From Octopus vulgaris (taxonomy: Eukaryota): a stretch of DNA of 64,000 bases. The stretch spans positions 79,050,001 to 79,114,000 of the forward strand of contig OX597819.1 in the NCBI GenBank assembly GCA_951406725.2, written 5' to 3'. Position 1 is the stretch's first letter. Each line of letters opens with the position of its first letter. Under the pieces are notes generated by a model. That model had not been told where the DNA came from. It saw nothing but the letters and a program-made list of their open reading frames with translations, and ran no database searches. A program made the translations under genes and the position numbers. Below, piece by piece: positions 1 to 12,800 of this stretch.

Positions 1-265
1 GTTGAGAAAGCAGCCGTCACATTTGGCGCAATGTGCAGGGCGAGTGGTGCAGCAAGAGCAAGCTCTGAGTATGGTAGAAACATTTGGCCTAGAGTCGCAA
101 CATCTGACACAAAAAATCTCACACTGTTGTGAGGGAGTTTTATCGCCTACATCGGCGCGTGGTCCTGGACGCCGGAACACCGACAGAATTGCTTCACCCA
201 CCTGATGAAGCATTCAGAGATGGTATTCAGCAACACTCTCAGCAGACAAGTGTTTACCTCAAATA
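1..265 (-). pseudogene. Heavily decayed mariner-type transposase catalytic-domain fragment
   Basis: The minus strand gives LLLHH.. then ..HIAPNVTAAF across a frameshift (cf. mariner LLHHDNARPH), with GEAILSVF upstream (cf. KVMLSVFWD). No intact frame. Confidence 0.35.
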
Positions 266-274
266 TAGGTCATA

Positions 275-1550
275 CACGAGGCGGTATCAAAAAGTGTCCG
301 CACTAGTTCTGTAGCGCGCCAACAGATGTCAGCACACGGTTGCGTGCGCAGTGAGAGCTAGTAGCGACCTTCACGAAGCAGTGTGCCGAGTGACATCACT
401 AATTCGCAAGGTGTGAAATTTGTGTTTTTGTTATTACATGTATGCTGTAGTCTACGATTTTTGTCATGGACAGGAAGCTGGAACAAAGAGCCAACGTGAA
501 ATTCAGTGTTAAACTTGGAAAGTCTGCTACAGAGATATTGAGCATGCTTCGGCAAGCTTACGGCGACGAGGCACTGGGTCGTACGCAATGTTTCGACTGG
601 CACGGGCGCATGACAGAGCTGCAACTCAATCAAGTACATTCTCATCGATTTGTTTTCGACATCCGCGGTATTGTGCATCAAAAATTCGTCCCTCGGAGCC
701 AAACCGTCAATTGAGAATTCTACTGCGACGTTTTGAAGCGTTTGAGGGAAGACATTCGGTGAAAGCGACCGGATCTGTGGAGTGCGAAGAATTGAATTAT
801 TCACGATGACAATACACCCTACCACAGAGCTCTCCTCATTAGTGAGTTTCTCGCCAAAAACGACATGGTATCGCTTCCGCACCGCACCCACCCTATTCGC
901 CATCTCCTCCCCAAGATGAAAATGCAGCTAGCTCAAAGGTCGCCGTTTTAACACTGTCACCGAGATCAAGAGCGAATCGCAGAGGGTCCTCGATTCCCTT
1001 ACGGAAAACGTCTTCCAGGCCGGATTCGAAAAGTAGCAGGAACACTGGGTCCAGTGTATTGCTGCGCAAGGTAGCTATTTCGAAGGAGATAAATAATTTT
1101 TTTAAAATTAAGCATAACATAGGCGCAGGAGTGGCTGTGTGATAAGTAGCTTGCTTACCAACCACATAGTTCCGGGTTCAGTCCCACTGCGTGGCATCTT
1201 GGGCAAGTGTCTTCTGCTATAGCCTCGGGCCGACCAAAGTCTTGTGAGTGGATTTGGTAGACAGAAACTAAAAGAAGCCTGTCGTATATATATATATGTA
1301 TGTGTGTGTATATGTTTGTGTGTCTGTGTTTGTCCCCCAAACATCGCTTGACAACCGATGCTGGTGTGTTTACGTCCCCGTCACTTAGCGGTTCGGCAAA
1401 AGATACCGATAGAATAAGTACTGGGCTTACAAAGAATAAGCCCCGGGGTCGATTTGCTCGACTAAAGGCGGTGCTCCAGCATGGCCGCAGTCAAATGTCT
1501 GAAACAAGTAAAAAGAGAAAGAGAAACTAATCCGGGAACCTTGTATGCTA
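275..1550 (+). mobile_element. Mariner DNA transposon relic, internally deleted, with a SINE inserted before the right end
   Basis: TA followed by CACGAGGCGGTATCAAAAAGTGTCCGCACTAGT left TIR at 275. Transposase fragments: MDRKLEQRANVKFSVKLGKSATE..AYGDEALGRTQCFDWHGR (HTH, 466), FDIRGIVHQKFVP..QTVN, IIHDDN, and WVQCIAAQGSYFEGDK* (~1093). Degenerate right-TIR-like ACTAATCCGGGAACCTT at ~1526. Confidence 0.85.
1121..1524 (+). mobile_element. tRNA-derived SINE family A (CORE-like, internal (TA/TG)n tract), full length
   Basis: A box TGGCTGTGTG(G/A)TA, B box GGTTCAGTCC, CTTGGGCAAGTGTC core-like motif, central microsatellite, tail GCATGGCCGCAGTCAAATG..GAAACAAGTAAAAGAG. More than 10 copies in the window. 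Confidence 0.9.
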
Positions 1551-1734
1551 ATAACGTAAAGAATCATACTTGTAACGCGGTATTTTAGTCATTTAGGGTT
1601 GATCTTTATTTTGCTTAACTCACTGAAAACAAATCTATTGAAATATATTCAATTTTAAACAAATTTTCCAAATTTTTAATTAGTTGTTCTTTAGAGACAG
1701 AAAGAGGAAAAAAATTTTCACCTCTATAATAATT

Positions 1735-1810
1735 ACCTTTGTTTTGGCCAAGTGGTTACGGTGAAGTACTGACGATCACTAGATCATTGGTTCGGTTTCA
1801 TCTCACGTTC
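1735..1810 (+). pseudogene. Degenerate tRNA-like sequence
   Basis: A-box-like TGGCCAAGTGGTTA and B-box-like GGTTCGGTTTC at tRNA spacing. Stems pair poorly. Confidence 0.3.
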
Positions 1811-1942
1811 CTCTGTAGATTCGACATCTGACGTGTAGCACAACGTGCATCTGTACGTACAATATCAAATCATGTATGTATGCTTGAGTGTGTGTGTATA
1901 TATATATATATCATGTGTATATATATGTATATATCATGTATA

Positions 1943-2020
<78 letters not shown>

Positions 2021-2021
<1 letters not shown>

Positions 2022-2127
2022 TTTATTTAAAGCAGCAGAAAATTCTAGCAAAAACTGTCCGACGAACGGGAACGTGAAACTCAGAGTAACAGGTTTTGTT
2101 GAATTTTCTGCTACTTTAAATAAAGCA
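2021..2127 (+). ncRNA. Type I hammerhead ribozyme (CCGACGA core variant) in a short PLE-LTR-like repeat inserted in (TA)n
   Basis: Stem I CTGT(2055-58)/ACAG(2089-92), extendable to ~38 bp. Core CCGACGA 2059-65. Stem II ACG-GGAA-CGT. GAAA 2076-79. Stem III ACTC-A-GAGT. GUA cleavage after 2088. Confidence 0.7.
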
Positions 2128-2262
2128 TATTACTCTACCACTGGTATTTGAGTACTCTTTTTTCCACCTTGTTTCATATTTATGTGTTTACTCCGGTATA
2201 TATATATATATATATCATGTGTATATATATATGTATATATCATGTATATATATATATATATC

Positions 2263-2302
<40 letters not shown>

Positions 2303-2331
2303 TGTGTATATATATTTACATATCATGTATA

Positions 2332-2398
<67 letters not shown>

Positions 2399-2467
2399 TA
2401 TATATATAATGTATACATATATATATCATGTATGTATATATATATATATATCATACATATATACGAT

Positions 2468-2822
2468 CCAATAATATTGAAATCCTGGCACTGTGGTGAC
2501 CAGGTAAGATGTTCAACTTCACTAGAATGTTCCTCATGCCATTCAGTAACAACTTTTGCTGTGTGAATTGGTGCATTATCATCCTGAAAGATTGCGTTTC
2601 CCGCCAGAAACTGTTCCGCAACCATAGGACGAATTTGATCAGATAAAATCCTTAAATAGTCTCAACTATTAATTCTGCCATGAAGGGAAACCACTGGGCC
2701 GACGGCTTTCCAAGATATAGCACCCCAGATCATCATCCCCCATGTTTAACAGTTGGAAGAAGGCAGTCTGGATCAAATGCTTCTTTTGGCTGTCTCCACA
2801 CGTAAACTCGGCCGCTAATGGT
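2468..2822 (-). pseudogene. Tc1-family DDE transposase fragment
   Basis: RVYVWRQPKEAFDPDCLLPTVKHGG..MIWGAIS..IFQDDNAPIHTAKVVTEWHEEH..LTWSPQCQDFNII (cf. Tc1 WPxQSPDLNPIE). Confidence 0.85.
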
Positions 2823-2834
2823 CTAGAGGCAAAC

Positions 2835-3020
2835 TCAGACACAAAGACGCATTCTTACACACATCTTTCAGTTTCCGTCAACCAAGTCCACTCATCAGAC
2901 TGCTCGACTCGATGCTATAGCAGAAGAAGCTTTCCCAAAGTGTCACGCAGTGGGACTGAACTCGGAACCCGGAATCGCGTGGTTGGGAAGCAAGCTTCTT
3001 ACCACGCAGCCACGCCTGCG
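2835..3020 (-). mobile_element. SINE family A, head half
   Basis: Reverse complement of the 1121-1290 consensus (CACGCAGTGGGACTGAAC..ACCACGCAGCCACGCCTGC). Confidence 0.75.
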
Positions 3021-3241
3021 GTCGTGTAATTTTAGGCTTAGCGACACCATTCGTACCGGATGACTGTAGTCATCTCGAATTGTTGCATTTCAAGCTTTTT
3101 GTAAGACAAAAATATGGAAACAAATTCTCTCTCTCTCTCTCACTCACTCACTCTCACATACACACGCACATTCATACATAATAGTGTGTGTGACTGGCAA
3201 TGGTTGTATACTAAGAAGCGAGTAAGAAGTATATATATATG

Positions 3242-3624
<383 letters not shown>

Positions 3625-3908
3625 TATGTATGTATGCATGTATATATATATATATGTGTGTGTGCGTGTGTATGTATGTATGTTTAAAACTGAGAAATTC
3701 GATGTGGCGTATTTATTACCAGGAGCTGTGGATTTTCCTTTTATGTATTACTTTTATTAAAGTATTTTTTTTGTTTTAATGTTTTTTTATTTACATTTAG
3801 CTTAAGAATTGCAACTGCTGTAAGTATTTTACCTGAAGACCGTTTCCATCAGGAAACCTCAGTAATAAATATGTCACTTTGAATTTGTCAATATACATAC
3901 ATATATAT

Positions 3909-3996
<88 letters not shown>

Positions 3997-4072
3997 ACAT
4001 GTCTTTACATACACACACACACATACATATATACATATAGATGTTTACATATCTTTACATATTTTTAAATAC

Positions 4073-4114
<42 letters not shown>

Positions 4115-4309
4115 ACACACACACACACACAAACACGTACAACGTAAACCAGTAATAACCGTGCTTGTTATCAAGTGGTTATTGTTATCAAAAACCGTTA
4201 GTCCCGAATTTTATTTAATGTGAAATATTGATTTTTTTTTTTTTTTCATTTCTTAGAATCATAACTCTGGATATTATTAAGATGTTGAAGTAAGCAATAT
4301 CAGAACTAA

Positions 4310-4535
4310 TATTTGGTTTCAAAGTTTTGACACAAGGTCAGCAATTTCGGAGGAGGGAGAAGTCGATTACATTGGCCCCCCCCCAGTGCTCAGCCGGAAC
4401 GCATTTCATCGACCCCCGAAGCGATAAAAGGAAAAGTCGACCTTGGCGAAATTTGAACTCAGAACGTAGAGACGGATGAAATGCCACAATTTATTTTGTT
4501 CAGCGTGCTAACTACTCTGCCAGCGTACCACCTTT
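4310..4535 (-). mobile_element. tRNA-derived SINE family B (GCCTTTCATCC..GGGGTCGATAAA..GTACCAG central domain, Meta/Nin-like)
   Basis: Matches other copies: AAAGTCGACC..GAATTTGAACTCAGAACGTA..GAAATGCC..TGCCAG. The superfamily label is recalled, not verified. Confidence 0.8.
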
Positions 4536-4538
4536 TCG

Positions 4539-4617
<79 letters not shown>

Positions 4618-4859
4618 CTTTCCATACAATAACCATCAGAGCATCACAACAAATCACAGCACATACCCAAGGCACACAGAGCTGCGCTCGGTAGTGAAGT
4701 GAAAGCACGCTATAAAAATAAAACTACTGAATAATAATAACAATAATTTCATTCTGCCATAGGCTCAAGGCAAGGAATCTGGGGGTGGGGTGTAAGTCAG
4801 TTACATCAAAACCCGCCTGTATTTACAGATAATTTTTTTTCCACCCCCTTTATAAATTG

Positions 4860-6040
4860 ACAATTCTTTTGATAAATATTTCTCTTCTTGATGGCTGTAA
4901 CGACGACAATATACAAACAGTTAACCTTGATCTTCCTGTTTGCGTGACTTAGTTATATCGCAGGAAGATCGATCTCATGCCTCATTCTCATTTTTACTAC
5001 TTCCATAATTTGGTGAATTAGTGTCCAGTGTAATGTAAACTCCAAGTAAGTCAGTCATGCATATAGATGCATTCTTCTTTGGTTAAAACTAGGCTGAGAG
5101 AGACAATGCGGATAATAGTTTCTTCTCAATGTCCACATGCCCTATCGCCGTTATCTTTTGTATCCTCTTCATTAGATACGTTTTAGTAATTGCTAGTGAG
5201 AATATTTTGATGTTATATTGTTTGTTTTCAGTCTCAACTTTGAGTGAGGCGCAGTTGCAATTTTTTTCATGTGTCTGTAGAATATTTTCTTGCCATTAAT
5301 TTAGCATGGAATTCTGTAGTTTACATTTTAGGATTTTCACAATTTCTCTTGTTTCTCTTTTGTCATTTCAACCACTGTCACATATTATCTGGCTTCCTTG
5401 AAGAATTATAACAGTTTCTTTTTTTAATTGTTTTGTTCGTGTTTTGTAACTATTTGCATTTGTCTTCCATTATTCTTTACTAAATACTTTCATTGCGGCA
5501 CAATGGATATTTTATAATAGATTTCTAGTTGTATTAGCCCCGTGATTCTTGTATTCATGGCAAACATAATCTTTCTTTGTCAAATTTTGGGTGCTGTATA
5601 ACAAATGCAGTCCATTATTTTTCTTGTTCTACCGCCTAGTTTTGCTAATTCATGTAGCGTTTAGTTGAGAATATTATAACTATAATTTATTACTGGCACA
5701 GCTGGAGTATTGATGCCTATTATCTTATATTTTTATTAAGCTGTTTTAAGTATTGAACAAATTTTTCTATAACATTCTTTCTAACTTTTCTGTCATTTGT
5801 GAATGTTGTACACTGTGTAGTTAATTTATTCCTAAACATTTGTATATCTATATTTGATTTAATATTCCTATCTCTGTTTCTTTATCTAACATGACGTTAG
5901 TGTTCTTAATTAAATTTCTCTTCAAGCTTGCTTTGGCGCATTTTTCTAATTCGAATCTTATATGGATTGCAATAATAAATCCGTGCACTGTATGTAGCAA
6001 TGTTTCTGATTCCTCACCATCTGCAATATGCAAACTAAGG
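4860..6040 (-). pseudogene. Decayed non-LTR retrotransposon (R4/Dong-like RT-RLE), RT C-terminus onward
   Basis: ORF 5848-6033 ETLLHTVHGF..IRFELEKCAKASLKR..MLDKETEIGIL resembles the R4/Dong LLxTVxxFSxDIGMxFGLDKCAK motif, followed by a YKxLGI-like segment. Many stops. Confidence 0.7.
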
Positions 6041-6754
6041 GCTGCTTACATATATTAATTGTTCTCTCTAGTATTTACTCGAATCTAGCCTAGTTTAACT
6101 AAAGGTTGTTGTTATTGCTGCTGCCTCATAACCAAGGACTGACATGCTTGGTCTGGATTGAGCCAAAACAATCCAGTCGTGACTATCCTGTTTTATTTTC
6201 AGGCATAAAAGTTTTTGCATCATATCATTTAATGTTCAGTTTTAAGATAGTTGAGTCTAATTTGCTAGACGTCTAGCTACTATTTCTAGCAGGTAGAGAA
6301 GTTACATAGAAATACACTCCAGGTCAGAAAGGAATAGAAAAAAAATAATCTCCTTGCAATGTGCTTCTTTTTAATGGATATGGGATTACTCTTATAATTC
6401 GCTTTCATCTGTATCTGCATAAGAAACAACACAACTTTTCATCTTTTAATTTGAATGCTAGAATTCTTTGAAAGTCAACAAAAGACTGGTCAATGATACG
6501 TATGAAATCGTTTGGGAAGAGACGAAAGCAAATAGTATCAAACTACTTGAGTCACAGACAAACAGCCGGTTACTGATATAATAACCTTGTAAACTTTATG
6601 AGATTTTACATGTCAACCAACCACAGGACGTGGGCCCCTATATACCCACCTTGACACAAAAACCTTTCGCGGAAGATTAATAACTTTTTGGTATTGAATA
6701 CTTTATAGAGATATTGCAAAGCTTCCAGCGGAATGCCATTATCATGTTTCCAGA

Positions 6755-6976
6755 GGTGAATTATTCAAACCCCAAAGAATCCCTCTCAACACATAGCTAT
6801 GACTACTTCTACTTATGATCAGAGATGCACATATCGTCAGCCACTAAGGGACATGGTCAACTGGTTACGGTCAAACAACTGACAAGCAAATCTGTGGTAT
6901 TGAGCAGAATATTTGCTGTAGCCCATCTTTTATACCAAGACAAATTAATGTACATGATAACACTTCCAATCAGTTA
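6755..6976. repeat. Unclassified interspersed repeat; second copy inverted at ~34250-34420
   Basis: CAAACCCCAAAGAAT..GTCAGCCACTAAGGGACATG..AAGCAAATCTGTGGTATTGA matches the reverse complement of 34250-34420. Confidence 0.7.
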
Positions 6977-7012
6977 TTATTATTATTATTGTTGTTGTTG
7001 TTGTTGTTGTTA

Positions 7013-7207
7013 AAGAAGCGAGCTGGCAGAATCATTAACGACATTTCTTCTGTCGCAACGTTCTGAGTGGAAATTCCGCCGAGGTTGACTTTGCCTTTCA
7101 TCCTCTCGGGGTCGATAAATTAAGTACCAGTTGAATACTGGTGTAGATGTAATCGACTAGTCCCTCCCACCAAATTTCAGGTCTTGTGCCTTTAGTAGAA
7201 AAGATTA
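7013..7207 (+). mobile_element. SINE family B
   Basis: GCGAGCTGGCAGAATC..TTCCGCCGAGGTTGACTTTGCCTTTCATCC..GGGGTCGATAAATTAAGTACCAG. Confidence 0.85.
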
Positions 7208-8092
7208 TTACTATTATTGCTACTTGTCTCTTTTGTTGCGTTGTCCCTATGTATTTTGTGTCCAATTATTATTATTATTATTATTATTGTGTCCAATTAT
7301 TATTATTATTATTAATTAGATTTTTTTTTAAACGGACATGTCAGACACATCTCCACAAATTCAGATTTACCATGTAGCTGCTAACAAATTTTAAAAATTA
7401 TTTTAAATCTTTTCTTTACTCCTTTGCCAATATAAGCCTTTTGGAACATTTCAATATCCACTCTGATAACCTTCGGGTAGAAAAATATGATTTGTCCTTA
7501 GACATTTCAAATTTTGTAAATATTCGTTTACTTGCGTTTTAACAGAGTTTCTTCTTTTGGAGTGTAGCGGTAGCGGTGAGAGGTACATTGAAGGTTGCAT
7601 TGATCATGCCTGCTAGGAGGAAAGAAAATTATATAAACAATTACGTAATTTAAAAAAATCACAACTAAAACCAAATTATACAAAAAAACATGACATTTAA
7701 ACAAGTGAATACAAACATTTGTACTTTAAAAAAATACACAGAAAAGTGTCAATTCCACAACCGTATACATTTATAAAGACAAACTCTCACACTATAACAT
7801 ATATAAATAGCAACAAAACCATAAAAAAAGCAGTTTTCCAGTGTTATTCATGGGTCAGCTACATCAAAGAAATATAGATCTACACGGCAAGAAGAAAAGT
7901 GAAGAAATGACTGTGTTTCATTGTTTTTAGAATACGTTGAAGAAAGGTATGACACGTTTTGGCACAGCTGTCTTGGCGCCGCGTATTTGGTGTTGCTGAT
8001 TCGATACTGACTTATTTGACATCAGCAATTTTAAAGCTTTTTTTCATTTTAATGTTTCTTTTGTTTTCTTTCTTTCTTTCTTTCTTTTTTCT

Positions 8093-10380
8093 TTAGCTTT
8101 TTAAGGGACATTGTGAAGTAATCATGTCTTGTGACAAAGGAGTTTTGCCATTTTAGATATTTGAAAAATAAGAATGAGTCTAGAGAGTGGACAAAGGGAG
8201 GCAACAAGTGGCAAGTGGGGAAACTCACTCTTCAGTATAATTGTTGAAATAGGAATGTGTAAGGATCAAGTAGTCAAGTTTGTATATTAAGGTGTGGTTT
8301 GTGCTTTTGTATGAACAGGTTTTCCTTGATTAGGCATTCTTGTAAGGAGATTGAATCTTTGCACTGGTGTAATGGAAAAATATGGAAATTCGGTGTTTTA
8401 TTTCTTGCGCATCTGTCAATATGTTCGCTTGGGCTATCTGCCTGTATCGAGGAAAACGAATCTGTTCTTTATGCAGTGTAACTCTGCGTCTCAAAGTAAG
8501 GCTCGTTTGGCCCACATAATTGTGGCCACAACCTGAGCAGGTTAGGACATAGATAAGGTTCTGGGAAGCACATATGAAGTTGGTCTTGAAAATTTCCCCC
8601 TTGCTGGAATGTGAATTCCGAGCCTTCATTTAGGTATGGGCATGTACCACAACGGGGTCGTCTGCATTTTTTAACTGTCGGTATCGTATGTGTTGAGTAT
8701 AATTTGGCATTTGTTAGGAGTCTCTTAAGTGATTTGTGTTGTCTTTTGCATTTGAGGAGTTTATGTGTATTTAGAATGTTGTTCATTTTCGGGTCTTGAG
8801 TGAGCAGAGGGAGATTTTGTATAATTGTGTTGTATGTGTCATTGTTTCTGGGGTTGTGGGTTGATATGTATGGGAGTGATTTAGAGTGAGGTGTGGTGTT
8901 TTGTTTTGTTGTTCTTAGTGTGTCCAATTTCTTGGCACGTTTAATTCCATGGTCTATAAGTGCGGGTGGGTATTGACGTTCAATGCGTGTTATTTTGAGG
9001 TCTTGTAGGCGAAGTTCCCGAGTAGTTGTGTCAGATACAATTGTACAGATCCTTTTTGCTAGATTGAATGGGATATTTATTTTGCTGTGTTTAGGATGGC
9101 ATGAACTGAAAAGGAGATACTGTTTTGAGTTTGTTATTTTGTAGTAGGTGTCAGTTGCAATTTGGTTGTTGGATTTTTTATAATCAAAATGTCCAGAAAT
9201 GAGAGCTGTTCCTTGCTATATTCCATTGTAAATTGAATACTGGAGTTTATATTGTTCAGTGTAGATTTGAAATCCAGAAGTTTATCATAGGTTTCATTCC
9301 AGATGATAAAACAATCGTCTATGTATCTTTTCCAGTTTTCTCTTATATACTGGAGGAATGAGGGTCCAAATTTTTGGAACGACAGTTCATATAGGGTAAA
9401 TTCAAAGAAACCCATTATTAGGTTCGCAAGGACAGGCGCTGCTTTGGCTCCCATCGCAATACCGCATTTTTAGTCGTAGTATGTTTCATCCAGTAGGAAG
9501 TAATTGTTTTGTAGGATGAACTTCAGGGATTCTATGACAAAAGTTTGGTTCATGCGGTCCGGGAGGAATTCGGGGAATTTTTCTAACCAGAATTTTTATT
9601 GCCTCTATTCCGTAGTCATGTGGAATATTAGTTAGAAGTTGGTGACATCGAAGGAAAGTAATAGAGCTTCTTCGTTGTTGGTTTTTGGTAGATGCTGTAG
9701 CATGACCAGATCGTCTCTCATGAAACTTTTAATGTATCTGAGGAAAGGTTTCAATAGTATGTTCAGAAAGTTGCTTAGGCGTTGTGTTTCACAGGCTGGG
9801 TTCGCTATAATAGGCCTTAATTTTAAGTCTTCTGGTGTTGGGATATTTATGTATAGACCTGGATTTTATTTGCAGGCATTAGTAATTATTTAACTCTTGT
9901 GGATTTGGGGGAGGCCATAGAAAAAGCTTGGCTTGCATTTAAAGTTTGTGACATAGTCTTTTTCTTTTTCTTTTTCTGTGAGGTCTTTTCCATGTTTGAG
10001 TATTAAAGATGCAAGATCTTTTAATGTTTTTTGCTGCCTATAATTTGCAACTTTTTCATAAAAGGAGTCATTTTCTAGTATGGACAATGCTAGTTTTTTA
10101 TAGTATTGTGTGTCCATCAGGACTACAGCACTACCTTTGCTTCTTTGATTGTCAGGTCTTTGTCATTTTTTAGTTGTAGTAGGTGCTCCCATTGTACGTT
10201 GTTGAAGTTTGGTACAATTTTTGGTTTATAGAGAGTGTGAGGAAAATTCTGGATACGGTTGCAGAAGTCGTCTAGTGTTTTATAGATAATTATTTTTGGT
10301 TTTCACTAGTGATTTGTCATCGTTGTTGTAGTTGGTTAGTGCTTCTGTCAATGGAAGTTTTAAACAGAATTATCCAATAT
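8093..10380 (-). mobile_element. Penelope-like retroelement (Neptune-like): disrupted RT plus GIY-YIG endonuclease, with 3' pLTR remnant
   Basis: RT motifs FYGLPQIHK, LRPIIA, SFDVTN, MGAKAAPVLANL, WKRYIDDCF, FLDI. Thumb SSCHPKH..IPFNLAKRI. Zn linker KCRRPRCGTC. GIY-YIG CASQNLIYVLTCSGCGHNYVGQT..RVTLHK. Several frameshifts and stops. Confidence 0.92.
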
Positions 10381-10384
10381 TATC

Positions 10385-11790
10385 TTTAGACTCATTCTTA
10401 CTTTTCAAGTATCCAAAATGGTGAGAATCCTTTGTCACAAGAAATGATTACTTCACAATGTCTCTTGAAAAGCTAATTTAAATCGCGAAAACCGGTTGGA
10501 TATCACGACACTTATAAAATATGTATATATATAAATTTTTATTATGAAAAGATATTAAATTATGTGAAACGAAGGCATTTCTCTTCCACCTTTTATATAT
10601 GTTTTCCACGTATTTTCAACTCATAATTTTTCTGTGTTATATTCTGATTCTCCAGTATTTTTTCTCCTTTTATATTTCTATCATTTGCCTCACGTGGTAC
10701 TCAAAATGTCTGCGAAACCTACCTCCACCTCATCGGATAAAATTTCCAACGAGGACATCCTTAAAGAATTAAAAGAAATAAACACAAATTTAGTCACTCT
10801 AACCAACAAAATCGATGTACTATACCACCAAACCTGAGAAGTCTTAGAAAACGATCAAAGAAAGCAATCTACAGAGAAGATCATTCAAAATCTAAGTGAA
10901 CTATGCACTACATTAAATGAATTCTTTACCAGCATTTTCACAAACAATGCCGTAAAAGATACACTACAAAAATCACCCACCCCAAATGAAAACACACCAA
11001 TTGCAGCATGTTTTATTAAAAACCGTGTTAGTCACACTTGGTCCCAAAACCTCAACACCAGAAAACTCTCATCCTGGAACATGGTAAAAAATAACAATAA
11101 GCCACAAATATATGAAAAATGGATCAACTCTACACCGTTAATCTTGCCACGCAAATTCCAAATCAAACCCATCTCAGATGAACCAGAACAACAACCGGAG
11201 AAACTAGCACTAGCACTAGAAAAAAATGAGAACAAAAATTGAATTACTTAAGAATCATGCACAAAAATATAAAACGGTCGATGACGTGATGATCACAGAA
11301 CCCAAGATACATGCCAATGAACAACTTCTACAAAATGTTATTAAACTATGGAAAGACGGCTGTGAATCGGAAGAAATTAATTCACTACAAAAATGGGAAA
11401 ACAATATTAACTTTTTCCTCAACTACGAATCTCAATTCAAAGGAGACTACACCTCAGACAACCTCTTTAAAAAAAATCCAAAACAAATACATCCACAGAA
11501 ACCAATAATCGTACACCCAGATCAAACTATAAATACAGACACAAAACTACCCCACCAGTGGGAAATCAACTACCACCTACCTTACAATAGGAATCCCCCA
11601 TTAATAGGAAACACCCTAGGACTAGGAATAATAATAATGATTATTATTATTTCAATTCTTTCCCTCCAACAACTAGAGACAGGGGATCTTACCTGCTCCT
11701 CAACATAGGAATTCAACTTTCGGAACTTCAACTCTCTCACCCAGACAAAAAGAACAATTAGGAATAAGGATAAGTTAAAATTACTACCTG
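10385..11790 (+). mobile_element. Inverted pLTR plus decayed N-terminal ORF of the same PLE (head-to-head arm)
   Basis: 10385-10476 is the reverse complement of 8093-8184. It carries a hammerhead remnant (TTGAAAA 10465-71, GC..GC stem II, GAAA-ACCGGTT). A broken frame follows from ATG 10706 (MSAKPT..; WSQNLNTRK..IYEKW..LILPRKFQIKPI). Confidence 0.75.
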
Positions 11791-11942
11791 CTTTTATAGC
11801 AAGTTGATGCCACCACCGTTTGCGTCGACATCATCTCCGCCTTTCGTTCCTCTTCGACTTTTAGTTCATGCAATTGAAAAACCGCATTATTTATGGGATG
11901 ACCCAATGTATATATATATATATATTATTATTATTATTATTA

Positions 11943-11974
<32 letters not shown>

Positions 11975-12325
11975 GAGACCCCCTTCGGTCATGACTGACC
12001 GTGGGATTGCACCTAGAAAGTTACCCTCCGAGGCACAAGTCTGGGCAAGAATGTTTATGGAAGACCAGCAGTCGCCCATGCATACCAGCCTCCTGTCTCC
12101 ACGCCACCAGTGTTATCCAAGGGAAAGGCAAAGGCCGATACAGCTTGGCACCTGTGACATCGCAACTCATTTCTACAGCTGAATGAACTGGAGCAACATG
12201 AAATAAAGTGTCTTGCTCAAGAACACAACAAGTGTCTTGCTCAAGAACACGCAGCCCGGTCCGGGATTCGAGCTCACAATCTCACGATCGTAAGCGCTAC
12301 GCTCTAACCACTGAGCCATGCGCCT
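11975..12325 (-). mobile_element. tRNA-derived CORE-like SINE family C
   Basis: Head GGCGCATGGCTCAGTGGTTAGAGC..GCTCGAATCCCGG, core TTCTTGAGCAAGACAC (duplicated here), tail ..CATGACCGAAGGGGGTC. Related copies at 26832 and 48123. Confidence 0.88.
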
Positions 12326-12358
12326 CCACACACACACACACACACACATATATATACA

Positions 12359-12437
<79 letters not shown>

Positions 12438-12442
12438 TAGAT

Positions 12443-12800
12443 AGGCGCAGGAGTGGCTGTGTGGTAAGTAGCTTGCTAACCAGCCACACGGTTGCGGGTT
12501 CAGTCCCACTGCGTGGCATCTTGGGCAGGTGTCTTCTGCTATAGCCCCGGGCCGACCAATGCCTTGTGAGTGGATTTGGTAGACGGAAACTGAAAGAAGC
12601 CTGTCGTATATATGTATATATATGTATGTGTGTGTGTGTTTGTGTGTCTGTGTTTGTCCCCCTAGCATTGCTTGACAACCGATGCTGGTGTGTTTATGTC
12701 CCCGTTACTTAGCGGTTCGGCAAAAAGAGACCGATAGAATAAGTACTAAAGGTGGTGCTCCAGCATGGCCGCAGTCAAATGACTGAAACAAGTAAAAGAG
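12443..12800 (+). mobile_element. SINE family A, inserted at the Helitron 3' terminus
   Basis: Near-full match to 1121-1524. Preceded by CTAG at 12438 and followed by TAGCTGAAGG at 12801. Confidence 0.9.

Noticed and set aside
358-903. 181-aa ORF on the minus strand (likewise 19347-19745)
   Set aside because: These are antisense shadows of the mariner and RTE coding relics.
7450-7612. Possible minus-strand host exon after a TTTTCTTTCCTCCTAG acceptor
   Set aside because: All frames stop within about 30 codons, there is no recognisable homology, and there is no partner exon.
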